From assembly GCA_038727515.1 (NCBI GenBank), contig JAVYVS010000001.1, positions 384,001 to 448,000 of the forward strand: 64,000 nucleotides of DNA, in the 5' to 3' direction. This DNA comes from Candidatus Methanomethylicia archaeon. GTDB taxonomy: Archaea > Thermoproteota > Methanomethylicia > Culexarchaeales > Culexarchaeaceae. Numbering within the stretch: position 1 is the stretch's first letter; the number at the start of each line of letters is the position of its first letter. The notes below the pieces were generated by a model. That model ran no database searches, was not told the origin of the DNA, and worked only from the letters and a program-made list of their open reading frames with translations. The position numbers and the translations under genes are program-made. Of this stretch, positions 19,496 through 30,396 are shown piece after piece.

Positions 19496-20728
19496 GTGAT
19501 TTATTTGATTGAAATAGATTCAAAATGGATTGAAGATAAACTTAGAATTCTTAAGAATTTTACGGATGAAGGACCTGGAATAACTAGAATCACATATACT
19601 AAACCATGGCTTAAAGCTCATGAATATATTAAAAAGTTAATGATTGAAGAAGAATTGGAAGTTAAAGTTGATGGTGTTGGAAATATAATTGGATCTTTTA
19701 AACCTAAAGGAAAGTTAAGTAAAAGAGTTTCAACAGGTTCACATATAGATTCAGTAAGAAATGGAGGAAATTACGATGGAATTGTAGGAGTATTATCAGC
19801 AATAGAAATTATTAGGGTTATTAAAAGATTGAAAATAGAAATTGATAAACAAATAGATGTAATAGTTTTTGCAGCGGAAGAAGGGGAGAGATTCAATATT
19901 GGATGTTTAGGGAGTAAAGCAATAACTGGAAAACTAACAGAAGAACAATTGAATTCAATAAGAGATCGTGAAGGAAAAACATTATTACAAGCAATTCAAG
20001 AATGTGGATTTTCAGGGAAAATTGATGAATGTAGAATAGCAAAGGGATATTACAATAATTTTATAGAGTTACATATTGAACAGGGGCCGATACTTGAATC
20101 TAAAGGGAAAGATATTGGAGTAGTAACGGGTATAAGTACACCTTCAAGAATAAAAGTAACATTTAAGGGTATGGCGGGACATTCTGGAACTGTTCCAATG
20201 GATCATAGACGTGATGCATTAATACCATTAGCAGAAACTATATTGGAAGTTAGGAGAATAATAGAACCAGTAAAAGATTTAGCTGTAGGAACTGTTGGAT
20301 TCATACAAGTAAAACCTAACGTAGCAACAATAATACCAGAAGAAGCAACAGCTATAATTGAATTTAGAAGTCTAAATAAAGAGGTTAAAGATCAATTAAT
20401 TGAAACAATCTTAACGAGAATTGGAGAAATAAGCACAAAAAATAAAGTTGATTATGATGCAAAAGTTATAGTCGATGAAAAACCGGTTTACATTCCAACA
20501 TATATTATAGAACTAATAGAAAAAGTTGCTAATAATCTTGGGTATAAAACCTTGAGAATACCCAGTGGTGCAAGTCATGATGCAGCACATATGATGGAAA
20601 TATGTGATGTGGGAATGATATTTATACCATGTAAAGGAGGATATAGCCATATGCCAAAAGAAGAAACATCAATTGAAAATATTGTAAAAGGAGTAAAAAC
20701 ACTTGTACATACAATACTATCAATATAG
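19496..20728 (+). CDS. Allantoate amidohydrolase / N-carbamoyl-amino-acid hydrolase (M20)
   Basis: GSHIDSV..GGNYDG, EEG, ELHIEQGP, GHSGT, SGASHDA motifs. Confidence 0.88.
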   Translation: MIYLIEIDSKWIEDKLRILKNFTDEGPGITRITYTKPWLKAHEYIKKLMIEEELEVKVDGVGNIIGSFKPKGKLSKRVSTGSHIDSVRNGGNYDGIVGVLSAIEIIRVIKRLKIEIDKQIDVIVFAAEEGERFNIGCLGSKAITGKLTEEQLNSIRDREGKTLLQAIQECGFSGKIDECRIAKGYYNNFIELHIEQGPILESKGKDIGVVTGISTPSRIKVTFKGMAGHSGTVPMDHRRDALIPLAETILEVRRIIEPVKDLAVGTVGFIQVKPNVATIIPEEATAIIEFRSLNKEVKDQLIETILTRIGEISTKNKVDYDAKVIVDEKPVYIPTYIIELIEKVANNLGYKTLRIPSGASHDAAHMMEICDVGMIFIPCKGGYSHMPKEETSIENIVKGVKTLVHTILSI

Positions 20729-20792
20729 CTTAATAAATATATAATAATGTATAATATATCCACATTTTTACTCTATAAACCCTAATTAACCT

Positions 20793-20954
20793 TTAAATCT
20801 TAAGTGGTAATTCTTCAAACCCCTCACATTCAATTTTGTTTAGATCATCTATAAAATCATTAAAGAATGAGCAATAATAGTATATTGCATCTTCATCCAA
20901 TATAATTTCCAAATTTTTACATAACCTACATAAAGTATTGGAATTTTTGTCCAT
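20793..20954 (-). CDS. Small Cys4 protein (CxxC..C..CxxF)
   Basis: MDKNSNTLCRLCKNLE...YYYCSFF...IECEGFEE. Confidence 0.55.
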   Translation of the reverse strand: MDKNSNTLCRLCKNLEIILDEDAIYYYCSFFNDFIDDLNKIECEGFEELPLKI

Positions 20955-21075
20955 TGAGATTAAATACCAGATTAAAGACCACATATGAAATCAACATATA
21001 CAGTAAGTGGAGACTTATAAATGTATCATGATTGTAAATAATGAGACTTAACCTATGAAATTGAATAATTTAGAT

Positions 21076-24066
21076 TTATTTTTCAATGTATATTGCTGGT
21101 CTAGTAGGTATTGCAGAATCTTTCTTTGGTGATACTCCTTCTTCTTCATTTTCAACAATAACTTTTACGCCAAGTTCTTTTGAAAGGAATGATTCAGATT
21201 CCTTTAAAATACTATATTCCATGTCAACTGGAATTAATAAATCGAGAATCTCTGGATTTTTAGCTATAATTTGAGATAATTGTGAGCATATTTTTGCATC
21301 TAATCGCATTTTCTTAATGGTATTTCTAATGGCATCACCCAATTTAATTCCACTCTTCACATTATTTTTAACTTCAAAGGCAAAATCATACTTCCATTTT
21401 GAAGCCACAGTTATCCTAATGGTTTTAGCTTGCTTTAGTAATCTAATAAGTTCTCTACAATCTTCTAAAACTCTTATAACTATTTCTTCAGCTAATTCTA
21501 TTTCAGGTTTAATTTTTGATTCATCACATTCAGGCCATGGATGTATAGATGCATAACCACTCTTCCCAATAGCTTCCCAAATTTCATCTGCAATATGTGG
21601 AATGAAAGGTGCAAGAATTAGAGTTTGAGTTTCAATGAACTTTTTAAGTAGATCTCTATTTGGAGTTTCCGCTCTCCTTAAATACCATCTAAATTTATTC
21701 TGTAAGTTATAGTAGCCTTCCAATAGAGCAGATTTATACATAGTTTTATCCATTAACTCCGTAACCCTCTTAATAATCTTATTAAGAACACTTTCAAACC
21801 ATTCATCAATTTTAAGTTTATCCAATCTGCCACTACCATAATTTTTACATGCAAAATTCATCCATCCAAGAATTTCATTTACAGCTAAATCAGCAATGGA
21901 AGGTTCGAAATTTGGATCTTCAAGTGTTGAATCAGCTCCAGCCATAATTTCAGCCCATCTAATGGCGCTAGCACTCCAACTTTTAATAGCATCCCTTAAT
22001 AGAATGAAATTTCCTTTACTCTTACTCATCTTTTCACCTGCAACCATGATCCAACCATTAATACTTATACCCCTAGGCCAATACTCCCTTGGAAATATTG
22101 CTATGTGATGCATTAAGAAGAAAACTAAATGATTATATAATAGATCTTTACCACTAATCCTTAAATCCACTGGATACCAATATGAAAATTCACGTTTAAT
22201 AGCTTCAATTAAATCCACTGGTATACCAGTAGACTTTGACACACTTAGGGCATCACCAATACCGAGAAGTACGTAATCAAAGAATTCAGGTTTAAGTTGT
22301 TCAGGTTTAATACCATAAATTTCAGGATGCTGTAAATATTTTGCTAGGGTATAATATGCCATATATATTGTTGAATCACTTAGACTTTCAATAACCCAAT
22401 CTTGATCCCATGGTAATCTAGTTCCAAGTTCACCTTTATGTGTAAAAGCCCAATCTCTAAGATTAATTATAGTCTTCTTTAATTCTTCACGAATCTCTTC
22501 TGGATATAAATTCATATGATTAAGCCATTCAATTGTAAAATCTTTCCATTCAGGATTACTATACAATAAGAACCATTGATCTTCCACTATCTTAACATGC
22601 GTCCTAGTACCACAACGACAATATACTCTTACAGGAAGAGTATAAACCTTAATAGCGTAACCTTTAGATTCAAGCCAATTTATTATTTCATCTTTAACTT
22701 CACATACAATTCTACCAGCCCAAACACCAGTATTATCCAATAGTATACCCTTATAATACTCCTTTGAATAAATTTCACTAGTAGCAGCCTCAAGACCACT
22801 TTTATCATTTTGATTTTTAACACCTCTAGCTAAAACAGCATCTCTAGCTGGAAATTCACTATAACCTTCAAGTTTAATTAGAGGTATAGGTTTAATTTCA
22901 GAAACAAGTTTAGGGTCTATATTATACTTTGAAATGAGATCAAGATCCCCCTTAAGATCTTCTAAAGCTATATAATCATAGGGTGCATGTGCTGGAACAC
23001 TCATAACAATACCAGAACCAAGTTCTGGATCAACAAACCATGCTGGTAAAATTGGAACCCAAACTTCAGTTACTGGATTATAAGCATTCCTTCCAATAAG
23101 CTCTAAACCATTAATAAAACCTTTAACAACGACTTTATGATGTTGATCCATTAATTCTTCAGCCATATATCTACTTAATATCCAAATTTCACCATCAACT
23201 TCAGCAATAACATAAGTAGCCTCAGGATGAACCCAAATATTAGTTACACCATAGATAGTTTCAGGTCTAAAGGTTAATGTAGGTATAATTCTACCATCAT
23301 CAAGCTTAAACTTAATTATAACAGCATCTACAAAACTAATTCCCACATATTCATCAGGTCTATCATGATCACCAACAACCTTAAACTCCTTGGGACACCA
23401 AACCACTGGATGAGTCCCTTTACCAATAAATCCCTTCTCCTTCAACTTCAAATACTGCCATTCAATAAACCTACTATAATATGGATTTAGATATGTAGTG
23501 AAGAATTCTCTTCTCCAATCAATACTTAAACCATAACTTATCAAATCTCTTTTCCACTTCTCAGCAAAATATTTAACCCAATATTCAGGATTAGAGAATT
23601 TTTGAATATCAGCTTCAGGAACACCCATAGACAATAAATCAGAAATAATCTTCTTATCACCCTCTCTAACCCTAAGAGCTGCTGAAACTATTGGACCACC
23701 AGTAGCATGCCAACCTTGAGCGAAAAGAACATTAAATCCCCTCATCCTCTTATATCTAGCAGTTACATCAACCCTAAGAATTGTAAATGCACTACCAATA
23801 TGGGTAAGCCCATTAACATATGGATATGGAAATGTAACAAAGAATTTAGGCTTAAGAGGGTTAGGTTCAGCTTCAAAAAGTTTATCTCTAAACCATCTTT
23901 CAATCCACTTCTCTTCTAAAGCTATAAGTTTATCAACAGAAGCTTTATCAACCTTAGGCTTCAGACGATTTTCACCTACAATTCCAACCAAAAACACCGA
24001 ACCAAAGATATACGGCATAAAACATATAAAGTTTTTCATATGATTAACATCAACCTTCCACAGCAA
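21076..24066 (-). CDS. leuS: Leucine--tRNA ligase, archaeal type (true start probably 23964-23991)
   Basis: FPYPYVNG, HIGS (HIGH-like), RPET, SVPAHAP, SLSDSTIY, KMSKS motifs. Confidence 0.93.
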   Translation of the reverse strand: MLWKVDVNHMKNFICFMPYIFGSVFLVGIVGENRLKPKVDKASVDKLIALEEKWIERWFRDKLFEAEPNPLKPKFFVTFPYPYVNGLTHIGSAFTILRVDVTARYKRMRGFNVLFAQGWHATGGPIVSAALRVREGDKKIISDLLSMGVPEADIQKFSNPEYWVKYFAEKWKRDLISYGLSIDWRREFFTTYLNPYYSRFIEWQYLKLKEKGFIGKGTHPVVWCPKEFKVVGDHDRPDEYVGISFVDAVIIKFKLDDGRIIPTLTFRPETIYGVTNIWVHPEATYVIAEVDGEIWILSRYMAEELMDQHHKVVVKGFINGLELIGRNAYNPVTEVWVPILPAWFVDPELGSGIVMSVPAHAPYDYIALEDLKGDLDLISKYNIDPKLVSEIKPIPLIKLEGYSEFPARDAVLARGVKNQNDKSGLEAATSEIYSKEYYKGILLDNTGVWAGRIVCEVKDEIINWLESKGYAIKVYTLPVRVYCRCGTRTHVKIVEDQWFLLYSNPEWKDFTIEWLNHMNLYPEEIREELKKTIINLRDWAFTHKGELGTRLPWDQDWVIESLSDSTIYMAYYTLAKYLQHPEIYGIKPEQLKPEFFDYVLLGIGDALSVSKSTGIPVDLIEAIKREFSYWYPVDLRISGKDLLYNHLVFFLMHHIAIFPREYWPRGISINGWIMVAGEKMSKSKGNFILLRDAIKSWSASAIRWAEIMAGADSTLEDPNFEPSIADLAVNEILGWMNFACKNYGSGRLDKLKIDEWFESVLNKIIKRVTELMDKTMYKSALLEGYYNLQNKFRWYLRRAETPNRDLLKKFIETQTLILAPFIPHIADEIWEAIGKSGYASIHPWPECDESKIKPEIELAEEIVIRVLEDCRELIRLLKQAKTIRITVASKWKYDFAFEVKNNVKSGIKLGDAIRNTIKKMRLDAKICSQLSQIIAKNPEILDLLIPVDMEYSILKESESFLSKELGVKVIVENEEEGVSPKKDSAIPTRPAIYIEK

Positions 24067-25273
24067 AATTTTCAGAAATCACATAGAGCATTGGAATAAC
24101 TATAAAAACTTCTATAATTACTGGAATTATCAAAACAGTACTTGTAAAACCAAAATCCCATAATAAACCTACAATTATAGATGCATACAATCTAGAAAGA
24201 GAAGATATTGAACCATCTAAACCATAAAGTTTACCTCTACTCTCAGTACCAACAACCTCCCAAAACATCGTTATGAAGGGAGTAAAAGCTGCACCTCCAA
24301 TACCACCAATACCAATGCCCAAAATACTTGCTAAAATCAAATATTCAAAGGATGGAGAATAAATTAAAATGATAACACCTAAACAATAAAATAATGTAAA
24401 AAGATAATACGCCTTCTTCCTACCAAATCTATCAGCCAATTTACCCACTGGGACTTGTGAAACTAAAGATGTAAATATAGCTATAGTAGTTAAAATCCCA
24501 AGTTTAAAAGCATCAACACCCTTAAATTCCACAAGCCACAATGGAAGAAATAAAACTGAGGAATATTGAAATCCATCTCTAAGCAATCTTACTACTATCC
24601 ATAGAATTAAATCCCGCTTACCTCTAATAAAATCCCTATATCCATAAACGATGCTATTAAGATTTAAAGTGAAATTTCTAATCTCTGAGCTTTTACTTAA
24701 ATAAATTTCTTCAAAGAATATGTAGATAACAATAAATATGGAAATGAAGATTATAATTGAAATATAATAGAGGGGGCGAATACCATAAACATTAATTCCA
24801 CCAAAATAGTTAACAATAAATGCAGCTAATAAAGGTGCGGAAACCTGTAATAAACCCCAAAAAATCCGTGAAAAACCCATGATAGTCACTCTTTCTTCAG
24901 GTTTAGTAAAAGAAACAAAAATCATATCAGCAATAGGTATCTGCCTAACCACTTGAGTATACATTAAAAATGCAGGTATAAGCATAATCCAATTATTAGC
25001 AAAAATGAAAAATAACATGGCAAAAATATCAAAAAACAAACCACAAAGAATTATCTTCTTCAAAGAATAAAACTCCATAATAAAACCCATAAAAATTGAA
25101 AATAAACTTGCTAAAAATGCTCCCAAAAAATTAATAAAACCAATATCAAAACCACTAGCACCTAGAAGGGAGAGGAAAAGAACATTATATTGAGATAACA
25201 TCTGTATTGAAAAATAATAAATCCCCTCTACTAAAATAGTCATTTTAACCCTTTTATCCAACCGCTTAAACAT
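24050..25273 (-). CDS. MFS transporter
   Basis: About 12 hydrophobic segments; GKLADRFGRK motif A. Confidence 0.88.
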   Translation of the reverse strand: MFKRLDKRVKMTILVEGIYYFSIQMLSQYNVLFLSLLGASGFDIGFINFLGAFLASLFSIFMGFIMEFYSLKKIILCGLFFDIFAMLFFIFANNWIMLIPAFLMYTQVVRQIPIADMIFVSFTKPEERVTIMGFSRIFWGLLQVSAPLLAAFIVNYFGGINVYGIRPLYYISIIIFISIFIVIYIFFEEIYLSKSSEIRNFTLNLNSIVYGYRDFIRGKRDLILWIVVRLLRDGFQYSSVLFLPLWLVEFKGVDAFKLGILTTIAIFTSLVSQVPVGKLADRFGRKKAYYLFTLFYCLGVIILIYSPSFEYLILASILGIGIGGIGGAAFTPFITMFWEVVGTESRGKLYGLDGSISSLSRLYASIIVGLLWDFGFTSTVLIIPVIIEVFIVIPMLYVISENFAVEG

Positions 25274-25495
25274 ATGAAAACCACTACTAAAACAAGTGAA
25301 TATTAAAGTCGATAAAAAATTAATGGAAACAAAAAATTAAATTTAGAAAATCTGAATACACTTCAACAAATGTGGAAATTCCTTCAAAAATATACTAAAT
25401 ATCACTATTGAAACACGAAAATTTACATAAGATAGATCTAACAATCTCTAGATAACATTTATATATGTTTTATTGGAAAGTGTTGAAGGGTTTCC

Positions 25496-26950
25496 ATGGA
25501 TTATAAGGGAGTAGATGTATTCTTCAACCCCAAGGGAGTTGCAATAATAGGAGCTGCGAGAGAATCCTATAAACCTGGACACGTAATATTGAGAAACTTC
25601 CTTGAAAACATGATAAACAATGTATTTAAAGGAGAATTATATGCAGTAAATCCAAATGCTGATAAAATTCTAGGATTAAAATGCTATAAATCAGTAAAGA
25701 ATATTGAGGGAATAGTAGATTTATCAGTTATTGCAATCCCAGCAAAACTTGTACCTCAAGCCATTGAAGAATGTGGTGAAGCAAACGTTAAAGGGACAAT
25801 AATAATTAGTAGTGGATTTAAAGAAGTAGGTAATTACGAACTTGAAGAAGAAGTAAAGAGAATAGCTAGGAGATATGGTATTAGGATTATAGGTCCCAAT
25901 TGTGTTGGAGTATATGATGCATATACAGGGGTTGATACAATATTCCTCCAACAAACCAAAACTGTGGGGGGAACACCAATCTTAGCAACTCCAAGACCTA
26001 AACCTGGACCCATATCAATAATAACACAAAGTGGAGCTATGGGAGCTGCAATGCTTGATTATATGAGTGGAGTTGAAATGGGAATTAGTAAATTCATAAG
26101 TTATGGTAATAAAGCAGATGTTGATGAAGTAGATTTAATAGAGTATCTTAGAAATGATGAAAATACAAGAGTAATAATTCTATATGTTGAATCTATTGAT
26201 AGAGGAAGGGAATTCATAAAAGTTGCCCGTGAAACATCACTTAAAAAACCAATTGTGGTGTTAAAGGCTGGTAGAAGTGAAGGGGGTATGAGGGCAGCGG
26301 CTTCACATACAGGTGCTTTAGCCGGTTCATACAAGATATATGAAGCTGCATTTGAACAATCAGGAGTTATATTAACTAAAACTTTAGAGGAACTTATGGA
26401 TTGTGCAAAAGCATTAGCCTATCAACCACCAGCACCAGAAGGAAATATAGTTATAGTTACTAATGGTGGAGGAGCTGGAATAATGACTGTAGATACACTT
26501 GAAAGTTTAGGTATAAAGGTCAATATACCACCAAAAGAGTTAATAGAGGAATTTGAAATTATGAGGAGTAAGGGAGTTATACCCCCCTTTGCATCAATCA
26601 AAAACCCAATAGACCTCACTGGAATATCCACAACCGAAATGTATATTGAAACACTTAAAAAACTTGTAAATAGTGATTGGGTTAATTGCATCTTAATGAT
26701 TGCTCTACATCACATACCAACACTTGAAGGGGATTTCCAAGATAAACTAATAGAAATATGTAAAGAAGCAAAGAAGCCAATAGTAGTATGCGATATTGGA
26801 GAAGCAGAAATGGGTAAACGTGTAAGGATAAGATTTGAAAAAGCAGGAATACCAGCATATTCAACTCCTGAGAGAGCTGCCATAGCCGCATGGAGCCTCA
26901 TAGAATATGGTAAACTAATAAGGAAAATAAAATCTCAAAACTCACTCTAA
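25496..26950 (+). CDS. acdA: NDP-forming acyl-CoA synthetase alpha subunit
   Basis: IIGPNCVG, QSGA, GNKAD, KAGRS...SHTGALAG (phospho-His), NGGG, NPIDL motifs. Confidence 0.88.
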   Translation: MDYKGVDVFFNPKGVAIIGAARESYKPGHVILRNFLENMINNVFKGELYAVNPNADKILGLKCYKSVKNIEGIVDLSVIAIPAKLVPQAIEECGEANVKGTIIISSGFKEVGNYELEEEVKRIARRYGIRIIGPNCVGVYDAYTGVDTIFLQQTKTVGGTPILATPRPKPGPISIITQSGAMGAAMLDYMSGVEMGISKFISYGNKADVDEVDLIEYLRNDENTRVIILYVESIDRGREFIKVARETSLKKPIVVLKAGRSEGGMRAAASHTGALAGSYKIYEAAFEQSGVILTKTLEELMDCAKALAYQPPAPEGNIVIVTNGGGAGIMTVDTLESLGIKVNIPPKELIEEFEIMRSKGVIPPFASIKNPIDLTGISTTEMYIETLKKLVNSDWVNCILMIALHHIPTLEGDFQDKLIEICKEAKKPIVVCDIGEAEMGKRVRIRFEKAGIPAYSTPERAAIAAWSLIEYGKLIRKIKSQNSL

Positions 26951-26965
26951 ATAAATTACTCAAAT

Positions 26966-28711
26966 TTATTTGAATTCAACTATTGGATTTACGAATTCCA
27001 TTCTTCCAGTATCAGTATTATGCCAAATCAACCCTTTATCTGTAATTTTCAATTCAGGAATAACTGGTAATGCTATAAAAGATAATGTCATAAAAGGCTC
27101 TTTAAGTTTACAACCAATATCCATAACTATCTTATTCAATTCTAAAAGTTTATTTGAAACAGAATAAACATCTTCATCACTCATTAAACCAGCTATTGGA
27201 AGAGGTAAACAACCTAATAAAGAATTGTCTTTTACAATAGCTATTCCACCACCTAATTCAATAATTTTCCTTACAGCATAAGCCATATCACTAGAATTAA
27301 CGCCTACAACAATAATATTATGGCTATCATGAGATATACTCGACGCTAAAGATCCACGTTTTAAACCAAATCCTCTAACAAAACCTAAACCAATATTCCC
27401 AGTAGCTTTATGACGTTCAATAACTGCAACCTGTAAAACATCATTTTCAACATCAACATTCACAACACCATTGAAAATTGGTAATTCAATAAAACTCTGT
27501 TTAGTATACAATGATCCATCTTCAACATCAATAACACGAACAATGGCTCTCCCATAATCTAAATTCACTTTAAATTTAAAATCATCCCCACAAGGAATTC
27601 TTTTAACATTAATTGATTTATAGGCTTTAATAGGATAAAACCATCTATCAATTTGTGTAATCAATTTACCATTACTTGCAACCACTCTACCATTAGCAAT
27701 AGTCATTTTAACATCAACTTTATCTAAATCTCCTAAAACAATGAGATTAGCCTTTAAACCGGGGGCTACAGCTCCAATCTCATGATCTAAACGATAATAT
27801 GTAGCTGGATTTAAAGTTGCCATTCTAATAGCATCAATGGGATCAAAACCAATTTCAATAGCCATTCTAACAAGTCCATTAATATGATGCTTTAAAACAT
27901 CAATAGGATTTATATCATCAGTTACAAACATAATTCTATGCGTATCAACATCAACCTTAAATAGAAAACTTAAAATTTCACTTAAATTCTTTGATATAGA
28001 ACCCTCTCTAACCATAATCCACATTCCAAACCTAAGTTTTTCAAAAGCCTCAATACCACTTATACACTCATGATCTGAACTAATACCCACAGAAATATAC
28101 CTCTGAAGAGCATCTCCAGTTAATGATGGAGCATGACCATCAACCCGTTTACCTAAGGAATGAGCTAAAAATATCTTCTTCAACAAAATCTCATTTCCAT
28201 TTAAAACTCCAGGAAAATCCATAACTTCACCTAAACCAACAACATTAGGAAGTTTAAGGAGATCTTCAATATCCTCCACATTCAATTCAGCTCCAGAAGT
28301 ATCTAAACCTGGAGCTGCAGGAACACAACTTGGAACTGTAAAATAAACATCTAAAGGAATCCTTTTAGATTCTTCAATAAGCATTTTAATACCATCAACA
28401 CCAAGTACATTAGCAATTTCATGTGGATCAATAATAATAGTAGTTGTTCCATGAGGTAAAACAGCTTTAGCAAATTCACTCAATGTAATCATACTACTTT
28501 CAACATGTAAATGTGCATCAATAAAACCAGGACATATATAATTACCATCAATATTAACCTTAATAGTAGAATTACCAATCAAACCATCAACTTTACCTAC
28601 ACCAATAATCCTATTGGATTTTATAGCTATAGAACCACTATAAATATCCCCAGAATAAACATCAACAATATTTGCATTTAAAATAACTAAATCAGCCTTT
28701 AAACTTACCAT
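26966..28711 (-). CDS. ade: Adenine deaminase
   Basis: PGFIDAHLHVESS, DPHEIANV, DGHAP, SDHE, REGS, HDSHN motifs. Confidence 0.92.
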   Translation of the reverse strand: MVSLKADLVILNANIVDVYSGDIYSGSIAIKSNRIIGVGKVDGLIGNSTIKVNIDGNYICPGFIDAHLHVESSMITLSEFAKAVLPHGTTTIIIDPHEIANVLGVDGIKMLIEESKRIPLDVYFTVPSCVPAAPGLDTSGAELNVEDIEDLLKLPNVVGLGEVMDFPGVLNGNEILLKKIFLAHSLGKRVDGHAPSLTGDALQRYISVGISSDHECISGIEAFEKLRFGMWIMVREGSISKNLSEILSFLFKVDVDTHRIMFVTDDINPIDVLKHHINGLVRMAIEIGFDPIDAIRMATLNPATYYRLDHEIGAVAPGLKANLIVLGDLDKVDVKMTIANGRVVASNGKLITQIDRWFYPIKAYKSINVKRIPCGDDFKFKVNLDYGRAIVRVIDVEDGSLYTKQSFIELPIFNGVVNVDVENDVLQVAVIERHKATGNIGLGFVRGFGLKRGSLASSISHDSHNIIVVGVNSSDMAYAVRKIIELGGGIAIVKDNSLLGCLPLPIAGLMSDEDVYSVSNKLLELNKIVMDIGCKLKEPFMTLSFIALPVIPELKITDKGLIWHNTDTGRMEFVNPIVEFK

Positions 28712-28878
28712 CAAAAATATATAAGCAATTAACAATATAAAATTTAAAATTAAAATTACCTAACCATAATCTTTTATAAAGGAAAAAATCAACCATTGAA
28801 AATTCAATCAACTATAATATGCATCAACCATTAAGAAAACGCTCAAAACAATTATAATTAAACATAATACAGTATTAT

Positions 28879-29862
28879 ATGATGAAGTTAAAAATAATAA
28901 TTATCACAATAACAATTTTAATAACACTTATAATACCACATACATATGCAGATAGAGGTATAATCTTCATCAAACCCAATGTCTCAGTATATGAAACTGG
29001 ACAAAAAGCCATTATAGCATGGAATGGATTTGAAGAAATATTGATACTATCAACAGATGTAATAGGGGAAGAAGAAGGTATGGCAGCAGAGATATTACCA
29101 TTACCATCAAAACCAATAATTCAAAAAGCCGATTTCAAATCCTTTGAAGAACTACAGAAGATAATTATGAATAGAGCTTTTGAAATTTCAAGGAGTTATG
29201 GTAAAGGATTAGGTGATTTAAAGAGTTTAGAAATAGTATTTCACGAGAAAATAGGTTTACATGATATCACCCTTATTAAAGCATTAAGTGCAAAGGAATT
29301 AACATATTGGATAGAGGAATATCTAAGAAAAGTTAACATTACACAAAAACTACAATTAGAATCACTTGAATACTTAATTCAAGACTATATTGACAGAGGA
29401 TTTCAATACTACTCCATAGACTTAGTAACAGTATCAAAAATTGAGAAAAGCATAAACCCAATACTCTATAGGTTTAATACAAGCTTCCTATACTATCCAC
29501 TAAAAATTTCAAGTATAATTTCAGGTCAAACACAAATAACAATATTCATAATAACAAAGGAGAAAACAATAGTGGAACACCCCCACCTTCAAAAAGCATA
29601 CTACATTGGATTTGGAATAAAATATCCAATAGAATTCCAAATTTCAAAAATGGAATTAGAGAAAATAGATTCAAGAATAGGTGAATTATTCAATGATTAT
29701 GCTTGGCTAAAGGTATTAGAATACAGAGGATATCTAAACATGTTAAAATATGATCTAATAATAACAGTAAAACAACCAGAAATACCAATATATAACATAG
29801 CAATAATAATCACCACATTAGCAATTACATTAATTGCAATGAAGATAAAAAGAGTGGAATAA
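28879..29862 (+). CDS. Exported membrane-anchored protein, DUF2330-like
   Basis: Signal-peptide-like N-terminus, QKAIIAWNG..EILIL, LPLPS motif, C-terminal TM anchor. Confidence 0.6.
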   Translation: MMKLKIIIITITILITLIIPHTYADRGIIFIKPNVSVYETGQKAIIAWNGFEEILILSTDVIGEEEGMAAEILPLPSKPIIQKADFKSFEELQKIIMNRAFEISRSYGKGLGDLKSLEIVFHEKIGLHDITLIKALSAKELTYWIEEYLRKVNITQKLQLESLEYLIQDYIDRGFQYYSIDLVTVSKIEKSINPILYRFNTSFLYYPLKISSIISGQTQITIFIITKEKTIVEHPHLQKAYYIGFGIKYPIEFQISKMELEKIDSRIGELFNDYAWLKVLEYRGYLNMLKYDLIITVKQPEIPIYNIAIIITTLAITLIAMKIKRVE

Positions 29863-29981
29863 ACATCTCTAAATTAGTTATTTCAAATGGAGATTCAATA
29901 GACATATTTGAAAATATGTTAACCAAAATATTCAACATAATTATAAAATATGTGTCAGAAATTACGGATTTAATCTTACGT

Positions 29982-30330
29982 ATGAAACCATGGTGAATTG
30001 AAAAAGAAGATTGAAGAAGTAAATGGGATTAAAAACATACATCTCCCTTTAAAGATTTAGAAAAATATCTCTACACAAGCAGATTTGCTAAAGATCTTAT
30101 GTATTCTTTGATGAAATCCAATATATTCAAATTCTTTGGAGAAATAGCCTAGGGAAATAGATATAATTCATAGGGGAATACCAATAGAAATAAATTTTTG
30201 GAGGAAAAATAAATAGGAAAAACTTAGAAACATAATAAGATCCTAAAGGAAATTCAAAGTAATAAGGCAATAGTAATAACAAGGGATATAGAGATAGAGT
30301 TCAAATCAATTATTAAATAAATTCCTATAC
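29982..30330 (+). pseudogene. Heavily deleted remnant of an AAA+ (DUF4143-type) ATPase
   Basis: Fragments MKPW*, VFFDEIQYI (30101-30127, Walker B), EIDII..IPIEI and KAIVITRD in colinear order, with stops and frameshifts. Confidence 0.6.
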
Positions 30331-30396
30331 AATAAATATTCAAGTCTTATGTAAGATTTTATTATTAAGACTTTAGAAAAGATTGCTAAAATGATA

